From IMG/VR virus record IMGVR_UViG_3300018050_000387, positions 1 to 38,033 of that record: a stretch of 38,033 bases of DNA, one strand, 5' to 3'. Source of the DNA: a virus. Lineage: Duplodnaviria; Caudoviricetes. A model generated the notes under the pieces. That model worked only from the letters and a program-made list of their open reading frames with translations, was not told the origin of the DNA and did not search any database. Of the stretch, positions 8,601 through 15,067 are shown in pieces (the stretch's first letter is position 1; every line of letters begins with the position of its first letter). The translations under genes and the position numbers were made by a program.

Positions 8601-11600
8601 CTCAGAAGCAAGCAGACCAGAAAACCCAGAAAGGGACGACAAATGCCGTTCAAGAGCCAAGCACAGAAAAAGTATCTGTTCCTGAAGGAGCCGCAGGTGG
8701 CGAAGAAGTGGGCAAAGGAGTCGCCAAAGTCGGCAAAGCTACCCGAGTACGTAAAGCCAAAGTCGAAAAGCCCGTCGAAACCAAAGTCGAAGAAGTAACT
8801 CCTGCCGTCCTTACGCCCAAAGAGCAATGGGACGCACTCACACAACAATTTCCTGGGATGCCTCCATATGATGTTCTTACAAAATCTGAAAAAGAAACTT
8901 GGGACGATTTTGCCAACCGTGGTTTCGGTGACATCGGGTCTGTGGCAACGGTTCTTGGAGGCGCTGACAAAATTGCAAAAGCGTCTGAAGCGGTAACTGA
9001 AACTGCTGCGCCTGCTGTTGAGCCTGTCGTTGAGCCTGCTGCTGAACCCGTGGCTGAAACTGCCGCGCCTGTTGAGGAAACTGTCCAAGAGCAAGTGACT
9101 GAAGAAGTCCTCGCCCCTCAACTGGAAGCCCTGCCTGAAGCACAAGTCCAACGCCTTGAAACCCACTACGGTGAAAAGCGTGACTCTGCTTCCTTCTTGG
9201 CTAAGGTCAAAGAAGATGTGGTGTTGTATGCCACCAAGGGTGCGCAGGCTGTAGCTGGTGCAATTCGAGATGTCATCAAGGCCATCCATGCTGGTGTCCT
9301 GTCCGTGGCCATGATCTTTAACCCAGGGGCAATATCACAACTGGAATCCTTCGTGGTCATCCCGCAGGAAACCCAGACTACGACCCAACAGGTTTTGGCG
9401 GAAGTGCCAGCCGACGTTGTCGGTATGTCCGATGCAGGCAAGCAAGCCTACGCTACTCTGATTCCTGCGCTCAAGGGCAAGCTTGGGGACAAGTTTATAA
9501 CCATTGCCGACAAGCCAAGTGGACGCATCTTTGTGTTCAAAGCTGATGGCAGTCTGGTCATACAGAAGAAAGCCCTGTTTGGCTTGGCTAAGGGCGACTT
9601 GTACAAAGGCAACAACGATGTTCCGTCCAATCGTGTAACTCCCGCTGGTTTGTTTGGTATCAACATTGTGGACGCCGCCAAGGGGGGCGCTGCTGCCAAG
9701 ACTGCTGGTGACTATGACTTCGGCAAAGTGTTTGCCTTGGACGACCCTGATGCCACGGTGACTTTCATGCACTCCGTCTGGCTCAAAGAGTCTGACGCTC
9801 CCAAACGTGCTGCTGCCTTGAAGAACGAGTCTGCCACTGACTCACGCTACTCGTTTGGCTGTATCAACGTGGACAAAGAAACGTTCAAGGACATGGTCAC
9901 CAAGTACAGCGACCAGATGGACGGCTCCAAGTTGTTTGTGGTTCCTGACGCTCAGAGCACGGTCAATGACTTTGTAACTGGCAACGTGGCCAACGACAGG
10001 CTCATCCGCGAAGGGGTGCAGCCCGTAACCAGAACCACTACGACTCCAGTTAAGTCAGCCACACAAACTGCTGGTGTCAACCGAACCGTCGTTGGTAAGG
10101 AAGAACAAGCGCCCACCACTCAACAGTCTCGAGCAAACCAGCCTGTCGTAGAACGCTACACCGCTGAAGAACTGCAAACGTCTTTGCTGGACTATGTAAA
10201 CCGTGAGTCTTTGGGTAAAGATGTTTTTGTAGTCGATGAACTGGAAGACCTTCGTTCGCTGCCTGAGTTTGCAGCAATGACGGATGAAGAGTTTGCCAAC
10301 TTCCTGACCAAGGAAAAGATTGACGGGCAGACCCAAGCGTTTGTTACCGAAAGCGGCAAGGCTTACTTGCTTGCCAGCAATATCGACGTGGGCACAGGTC
10401 GTGGCGTGTTCATGCACGAAGTCGGCGTCCACCTTGGATTGCAAGAGAAATTGCCTGATGCGTCGTTTGCTCGTTTGGTTGACCAGATCAAGGTCTGGGC
10501 CAAACTTAATGACGGGTCGATTGAAAACCAGCTGGCTATTGCAGCTTCAGACCGTGTGTTCCAGTCTCGAGTTTCTGACCCTGTCCAACGCAGACGTGAG
10601 TTTGTTGCGTACTTTGTCGAAGCCGCTGTAAACGCTGGGCTTAACCCCAAGGCGTATGAAAACATTCAGTCTGCTGGTTTGCGTGAGTGGATGAGGTCTT
10701 TGTGGGCGGCACTTAAGAATGCTCTGCGCAAACTACGTGGCATCAACATTGACAAACTGAGCGCCCAAGACGTAGTGGACATGACCTACGGCTATGCGCA
10801 AATGGCGATTGGCGCTCCAAAGTTCCAAGGTAGCGGCAAGATATTTCGTAAGTTCCAGATGAAATTTGCTGGAACAGGCGTTGGTCAAATGTATGGCCAC
10901 GGGTTGTACTTTACCGATAGGCCAGAAGTGGCTTCTGGTTTTGCCAAAGGGCAAACCCCTCAGTTGTATGGCGCTGATTTGGCCATTGCCAACGACGAAT
11001 TGTTAGACTGGAACACTCCGGTAGCGCAACAAAGCGCAATAGCGCAAAAAGCTGCGGCTGATGCGGCTAAAGAGTTTGGCGTAATATCTGCAAACGGCAG
11101 TGCTTTGTATAAAAGAAGTCTTCGTGGCGGGGATTTTTATAATGATCTAGCCAATCAGATGTACAAAAAAGCCACTGGTAAAGACGTAACCACCAAGGCA
11201 CAAGTTACTGAGTCACAAAAAATGGCTTCGGAATGGCTTGACGCTCACGGAGTAAAAGGCGTTAAATACGGCGGCGACAACTACGTTGTGTTTAACGAAG
11301 ACAACATCATTCGTGTCAACCGCGCAGCTGGTATGCCCACAGGGCGCATGGACAAAGGTCGGCCAGAAGTGGAGTGGGGCAGTGTCCAGCAGTCCCGTAG
11401 GGTAGACGCTGCGGTTAATCTTCTGCCGCCCAAGTTGCGCAGTCCTGCTAGGAACACAACTACCGATTTGCTGTACCAAGCCAAGAAAGGCATGTTGGCT
11501 TCTGCAATCACTGAAGACGTGATCAACATGGCCAGCAAGTTCATGAAGTCTGCCAAGACTTATCTGGCAGCGCAGTACGCACGGCAAGCTACTCGGTTAA

Positions 11601-14197
11601 ACCATGAACTGAAGATTGACAAAATTCTTACTCAGTTCGACAAACTGCCCAAGAACCTCCAGGGTACGGGTGAAGGGTCTGTCAACAAGTACATTTTTGA
11701 TTCGACCCGTGAAGGCAAGTGGGGGTACATCCCTGACGAGCGCATGGTGGGAACCACGCTGTTGACCGTTGACCCTGATATGAAAAAACGGTATGACGCA
11801 TTCCCCGATGACGCTAAAAAATTAATTCGTGATGTGTTTGAGCAAGGGTATGACGCGCTGGACGCCAAGCAAAACGCAGTGACGGCTGCGGTTGATCGTG
11901 AGTATGCTGATCGACTCAAGGCTGTCCAAGGGGACACCGAACTCACAGACAAGTTGAACAAGGAAAAGAAACGTGCACTGTCTCGTGAGAGAAAACTGCT
12001 TGGGCTGGACAGCAGCAAACCCTATGCGTACTTGGGCCGCTATGGCGACTACGTGGTTGTCGGCAAGTCTGCTGAGTACAAGTTCCATGAAGAACAAGTC
12101 AAAGCTGGGCCAGTGGTCAAGGGTGAAGACTTGATGGGGGCACGGTCTGCGGCATGGCTGGACGAGAACCGAACCAATCCTGCGCACTATGTGGTGCAGT
12201 TCGCTGAGACCCTGGGGGAAGCAAATCAGATTGCTGACCAGCTGAACGCCACTGGTAACTACGACATTGCTGAGTCCTACGAGAAAGAACCCTATTCCCA
12301 AGAAGGCGGGGACTTGTTCTTGGCTGTGGCTCGTCTGCGTACCTTGTTTGACAAAGAAGCCGAAGGCGCAAACCCAGCGGCTCAAGCGTCAATCCGCAAC
12401 TTGTTGGGGGATTTGTACCTGCACACGGTGTCTGAAGCCAGTTCCCGCAAGTCTGAATTCCAGAGGCTCAACATTTCTGGAGCCGATCAGGACATGATGC
12501 GTAATTTGGCCACTCGTGGTCGGGCTGATGCACACTTCTTGGCTGCGCTGGAACACAATGACGCTATCTCGGACGCCATCACTGCCATGCGTGAAGAACG
12601 CAATCGCAATCGCGGAGAGGCTGGCCCATACTTCAACGAACTGCTCAAGCGTCATGCGAACAGTATGAAGTATGAAACTCCTGGCGTGTTGTCCGGTGCG
12701 TTGCTGCGTATGTCCAACGTGTGGTACTTGGCCACCAACCCAGCGTATTACTTGCAGCAGATTCTGCAAACTGGGGTGTTGTCTCTGCCGTATATGTCTG
12801 GGCGTCTGGGGTATTTCCGCTCAGCCCGTGCTGTAAAGAAAGCATACGGCGACATGGCTACCCTGGTTAAGGGACTGGGTGTTGGCGACCACATTGATTT
12901 CAACAAAGCCCCCGCTGACGTGCGCGAGATGCTAACCAAGCTGGTTGGTATGGGCAAGATTGACATTGGTATTGACTCTGACGCTCGTGTCCGCGCTGGC
13001 GAAGCTGGCGTTGCCGCCAAGGTGATGCAGAAACTCCAAGGGGTAAACAACCGCATCGAAGCAGTCAACCGGGCAACTGCGGCAATTGCTGCATATCGTG
13101 GGTACTTAGACCGCTACAAGAACGGCGACACTGCTGCTGCCACCGCATATGCTGCTGATGTGGTGTCAAACACCCACGGCTCGTACGATGCTTTCAATAC
13201 GCCACGTATCATGCAGACTGGTGCTGGCAAAGTGTTGCTTCAGTTCAAGCGGTTCCAGATCATTCAAATCTCCATGCTGCTCAAGCTGATCAACACAGCG
13301 TTCAAGGGTGCATCTCAAGATGAGAAAGCAGTTGCGCGTCGTGCCCTTGGTTTTATTGCTGGTCACATGATGGTGTTGGGTGGTGCAATTGGTGTTCCGC
13401 TTGTACAGCAGTTTGGTTCGCTTTTGCTCAAAGCATTTGGCGATGACGATGAACCAGAGAACCTGGAACTCACACTGCGGCGTTTGATCAATGACCCTGT
13501 CATGGCGGACTTGCTGATCAATGGTGTCCCTGGTGCGCTTGGTGTCAACTTGGGCAGCAAACTGGGTATGGGTAACGTGTTCTCCATCCTGCCATTCACA
13601 GACATTGATTTTACAAGCCGTGCTGGCGCAGAGAAAATGCTGGTCGGCATCATGGGGCCATCCGCTGGTCTGGGTCTGAAGTTTGCTGACGGCTTGGGTC
13701 AGATGGCAAGTGGGGAGTACTACAAGGGTTTGGAGTCCATGTTGCCAAGCGGTGTGGCCAATGTGATGAAAGCTGGTCGATTTGCCACTGAAGGTGTCAC
13801 CATGCGTAATGGCGACGTGGTCTTGAAGCCTGAAGAGATCAGCATGTTTGACGCAGCGTTCCAAGCTGTTGGCCTGCCCACGACTACTCTGACAGATCGC
13901 CAATTTACCCAGCGTGTTGTTGCTGAGTTTGACAAGTTCTACGACAAGCGCACCACGGAAATCAAGGGCGACTACGTCAACGCTTCCCGTGACGGGGATG
14001 TAAATGGTATGGCTGATGCTCGTGAGGAATGGAGTAAACTTCAAGAATCACGGGTCAAGAATGGCTACAAACGCCAGCCTTTATCCGATCTGTTTAGAGC
14101 GCCTTCTGCCGCAGCCAAGCGGGAACGCAACATTGCTGGTGGTGTGGAGTTTAGCAAATCTAACCGCCAATTTGTAGAATCTTTATCAACCCTTTAA
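5684..14197 (+). CDS. Giant polyvalent ejection protein (2837 aa) with L,D-transpeptidase-like, zincin metallopeptidase-like, ART-like and PLxRFG-like segments
   Basis: Gly-rich membrane-like N-terminus; TPAG...FMHSVW...SFGCINV (YkuD-like); FMHEVGVH...REFVAYFVE; YGHGLYFT...GVKGVKY...NYVVF; YAYLGRYGDY; helical C-terminus with LLQFKRFQ. Confidence 0.85.
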   Translation: MASSFVPFRTVVGSEDNNSGFQPIREVTLPPPPKGGFFSDIKRGTGQVVEAVGSTLQDVGADEVGQAIEGYGRGVVRRNPSEIGTFGEALSSPLTTAREAVGELVPQIGSSLATGLAGRVVGGALGLPFGPVGVAVGQNLGAAGGAYLGNLVQEYGGIRTEQREQGIEDKTRALGTAGAAAVLDTAFGAERIANRFLKEGSDILARQPGSSLLKQVGKQGAIGFGIESVTEGAQTGLERYGAYKPLTGDEAYNEYGLAMLKGGIGGGVVRGGLAAVAGEQTPPGGSLLQGGNKTQDTNAIQQAFDQPQTSGTPLTNVTPPPAPPITPSADTTPPPAPIVSGGTTPIAQATQQQGQADAAAQQQQQQQAQRDLTISQFGLTGDTPGTGSFFGRPIFGPAINQVADALAPIAAQLNPAEAAIMDAIVTADQKLGNKLLSFQFNADKIANSVQKGVQAVTTAATKFQIADVQTVGEAAYRLNELSKSAKGQALEQINAIHEALTGKDTEGYIASQTSKPKGKSNVQQQQQVSSGLGTVPVQGGTIQGDGGLTGLLQPGAVQPVGAGVVSGAANDQQAGQLPGEGIRTGPSVAPADDLGGAAQTPQDVSGAPSETTVATAPSAQNVEANAPVLEQGVQRGGAAPTGTVQTQEGLSPGRVAWEEMDGTGTSFDDLPENLQQVWERAVAENRATGDIQETLAASAQDTSLAAKARAVLRAALDMVIQPTSRMSEDVAARKREFVAAYWGGARSDALTKVAADLGISKDQAKRWSAELPNFLTVNGQKIKAAVETVAKERGIDIADVLDGLRSIEEQHPTEEMVDEIEGTGQSTSATEEPLSSDQEDIEVDQGQLNKAPEEELNTAEADAGQNDFVISSRKSASLQEQNNAVETNQAKIMRLLDMQDKINEAESIENPPAPKIVSLSEAALEKLGGDVTKLKEHDLLNLAVNAKLTENFELADQLNAELSSRIEKALEKAQKQADQKTQKGTTNAVQEPSTEKVSVPEGAAGGEEVGKGVAKVGKATRVRKAKVEKPVETKVEEVTPAVLTPKEQWDALTQQFPGMPPYDVLTKSEKETWDDFANRGFGDIGSVATVLGGADKIAKASEAVTETAAPAVEPVVEPAAEPVAETAAPVEETVQEQVTEEVLAPQLEALPEAQVQRLETHYGEKRDSASFLAKVKEDVVLYATKGAQAVAGAIRDVIKAIHAGVLSVAMIFNPGAISQLESFVVIPQETQTTTQQVLAEVPADVVGMSDAGKQAYATLIPALKGKLGDKFITIADKPSGRIFVFKADGSLVIQKKALFGLAKGDLYKGNNDVPSNRVTPAGLFGINIVDAAKGGAAAKTAGDYDFGKVFALDDPDATVTFMHSVWLKESDAPKRAAALKNESATDSRYSFGCINVDKETFKDMVTKYSDQMDGSKLFVVPDAQSTVNDFVTGNVANDRLIREGVQPVTRTTTTPVKSATQTAGVNRTVVGKEEQAPTTQQSRANQPVVERYTAEELQTSLLDYVNRESLGKDVFVVDELEDLRSLPEFAAMTDEEFANFLTKEKIDGQTQAFVTESGKAYLLASNIDVGTGRGVFMHEVGVHLGLQEKLPDASFARLVDQIKVWAKLNDGSIENQLAIAASDRVFQSRVSDPVQRRREFVAYFVEAAVNAGLNPKAYENIQSAGLREWMRSLWAALKNALRKLRGINIDKLSAQDVVDMTYGYAQMAIGAPKFQGSGKIFRKFQMKFAGTGVGQMYGHGLYFTDRPEVASGFAKGQTPQLYGADLAIANDELLDWNTPVAQQSAIAQKAAADAAKEFGVISANGSALYKRSLRGGDFYNDLANQMYKKATGKDVTTKAQVTESQKMASEWLDAHGVKGVKYGGDNYVVFNEDNIIRVNRAAGMPTGRMDKGRPEVEWGSVQQSRRVDAAVNLLPPKLRSPARNTTTDLLYQAKKGMLASAITEDVINMASKFMKSAKTYLAAQYARQATRLNHELKIDKILTQFDKLPKNLQGTGEGSVNKYIFDSTREGKWGYIPDERMVGTTLLTVDPDMKKRYDAFPDDAKKLIRDVFEQGYDALDAKQNAVTAAVDREYADRLKAVQGDTELTDKLNKEKKRALSRERKLLGLDSSKPYAYLGRYGDYVVVGKSAEYKFHEEQVKAGPVVKGEDLMGARSAAWLDENRTNPAHYVVQFAETLGEANQIADQLNATGNYDIAESYEKEPYSQEGGDLFLAVARLRTLFDKEAEGANPAAQASIRNLLGDLYLHTVSEASSRKSEFQRLNISGADQDMMRNLATRGRADAHFLAALEHNDAISDAITAMREERNRNRGEAGPYFNELLKRHANSMKYETPGVLSGALLRMSNVWYLATNPAYYLQQILQTGVLSLPYMSGRLGYFRSARAVKKAYGDMATLVKGLGVGDHIDFNKAPADVREMLTKLVGMGKIDIGIDSDARVRAGEAGVAAKVMQKLQGVNNRIEAVNRATAAIAAYRGYLDRYKNGDTAAATAYAADVVSNTHGSYDAFNTPRIMQTGAGKVLLQFKRFQIIQISMLLKLINTAFKGASQDEKAVARRALGFIAGHMMVLGGAIGVPLVQQFGSLLLKAFGDDDEPENLELTLRRLINDPVMADLLINGVPGALGVNLGSKLGMGNVFSILPFTDIDFTSRAGAEKMLVGIMGPSAGLGLKFADGLGQMASGEYYKGLESMLPSGVANVMKAGRFATEGVTMRNGDVVLKPEEISMFDAAFQAVGLPTTTLTDRQFTQRVVAEFDKFYDKRTTEIKGDYVNASRDGDVNGMADAREEWSKLQESRVKNGYKRQPLSDLFRAPSAAAKRERNIAGGVEFSKSNRQFVESLSTL
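7245..7496 (+). CDS. Candidate overprinted gene A (83 aa) in +1 frame of the giant gene
   Basis: GAAAGGAAAATCAA-ATG; product MYSNNSKCLPGWEQFQSK...PKRRKM has normal complexity while the host frame is low-complexity Q/G/V. Confidence 0.6.
   Translation: MYSNNSKCLPGWEQFQSKAEQSKAMADSLGFYNPAQFNPSGQELSLEQRMTSKLDSYQEKEYGLAPVSPPQMISVVLPKRRKM
7509..7634 (+). CDS. Candidate overprinted gene B (41 aa, basic) in +1 frame
   Basis: GGAG-6nt-GTG just after gene A stop; MKQPSPPPQVPKMSKQTRQYSNKGYSAVARHLLGLFKPKKG. Confidence 0.45.
   Translation: MKQPSPPPQVPKMSKQTRQYSNKGYSAVARHLLGLFKPKKG
8643..8798 (+). CDS. Candidate overprinted gene C (51 aa, basic MPFKS-type phage protein) in +1 frame
   Basis: AAAGGGA-6nt-ATG; MPFKSQAQKKYLFLKEPQVAKKWAKESPKSAKLPEYVK resembles small phage proteins I recall starting MPFKSxAQ...PExAKxW. 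Confidence 0.75.
   Translation: MPFKSQAQKKYLFLKEPQVAKKWAKESPKSAKLPEYVKPKSKSPSKPKSKK
8992..9080 (+). repeat. Degenerate tandem repeats encoding an ETAAP/EPAA/EPVV linker
   Basis: CTGAAACTGCYGCGCCTG occurs twice and GTTGAGCCTG twice; translates to VTETAAPAVEPVVEPAAEPVAETAAPVEE. Confidence 0.7.
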
Positions 14198-14207
14198 GGA
14201 GTGAATC

Positions 14208-14498
14208 ATGAGTGACCCAGTCGGCGTAAAGTCTGCCCACACCAGTACAACCACAACAACTTTGTTTACTGGCCCTTTTTATCTTAAAGGTTTGACTTGC
14301 CTTGGCACTGCCACTGCTGGAACCTTAGCTTTTCGTGATGGCGGTTCAGGCGGCACTCTTTTGTTAGAGATTGATGTGCCGGGAAATGCCAACAACATTC
14401 AAGAAACAATGATTCCCGACGCTGGTATATTGTTTGAGACGAACTGCTACTTGACGCAACCTACGGGTTACAACACGACTATTTTCTACGGTAAATAA
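14208..14498 (+). CDS. Hypothetical beta-rich phage protein (96 aa), possibly virion-associated
   Basis: AAGGAG RBS; Thr/Gly-rich with AGTLAFRDGGSGGT. Confidence 0.75.
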   Translation: MSDPVGVKSAHTSTTTTTLFTGPFYLKGLTCLGTATAGTLAFRDGGSGGTLLLEIDVPGNANNIQETMIPDAGILFETNCYLTQPTGYNTTIFYGK

Positions 14499-14500
14499 TC

Positions 14501-14755
14501 ATGGCTAAGTCACCAGCATGGCAACGCAAAGAAGGCAAGAATCCAAACGGGGGACTCAACGCCAAGGGGCGAGCGTCTTACAACGCAGCAAACCCAGGAA
14601 AGCCGGGGTTGAAAGCGCCGCAACCGGAGGGCGGCAGCAGACGGGACTCGTTCTGTGCCCGGATGGAAGGCATGAAGAAAAAGCTGACCAGCGAGAAGAC
14701 AGCGAAAGACCCGAACAGCCGAATCAACAAATCATTGAAAGCATGGAAGTGCTAA
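14501..14755 (+). CDS. Small basic conserved phage protein (DUF6321-like)
   Basis: AWQRKEGKNPNGGLNAKGRASYN...RRDSFCARM...SRINKSLKAWKC is a recognisable phage family pattern. Confidence 0.8.
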   Translation: MAKSPAWQRKEGKNPNGGLNAKGRASYNAANPGKPGLKAPQPEGGSRRDSFCARMEGMKKKLTSEKTAKDPNSRINKSLKAWKC

Positions 14756-14757
14756 TC

Positions 14758-15003
14758 ATGACTGAAGCTGACATCACCACCGCCCGCGAATTGGCCACTC
14801 ATGCGGCCAACATAAAGCACTTGCAAGACGATATGGACAAGCTTGTTCAAGATGTCAACGACATCAAAGCTGCTCTGTTTGAAATCCAGAAAACGTTGTC
14901 TGAAGCCAAGGGTGGCTGGCGGATGCTCATGATGATTTCTGGCGTAAGCGGCACAGTTGGTGCGGCAATCACGCAGCTTGCACATTACCTATCCGGTAAA
15001 TAA
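14758..15003 (+). CDS. Coiled-coil protein with C-terminal transmembrane helix (holin/XhlA-like candidate)
   Basis: Heptad-rich N-terminus then GGWRMLMMISGVSGTVGAAIT; ATG 2 nt after upstream stop. Confidence 0.6.
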   Translation: MTEADITTARELATHAANIKHLQDDMDKLVQDVNDIKAALFEIQKTLSEAKGGWRMLMMISGVSGTVGAAITQLAHYLSGK

Positions 15004-15033
15004 AAAACCCCCGGCACTGTTACGCACCGGGGG
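15002..15033 (-). terminator. Rho-independent terminator at the convergence point
   Basis: Minus strand CCCCCGG-TGC-GTAACA-GTG-CCGGGGG followed by TTTTTT; G-U pairs extend the stem only on this strand. Confidence 0.85.
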
Positions 15034-15067
15034 GAACCTTCACTGGAGTTACTAACAATGGCAACTG

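Noticed and set aside
7631-9772. Long antisense ORFs (307, 240, 145 aa) opposite the giant gene
   Set aside because: Typical antisense shadows of biased codon usage; no RBS or motifs. The same applies to 13166-14044 and to + strand ORFs over the replication genes.
14518-14757. Extended 161-aa version of the holin-like ORF
   Set aside because: First half is the alternate frame of the DUF6321-like gene; the coupled ATG at 14758 is more plausible.
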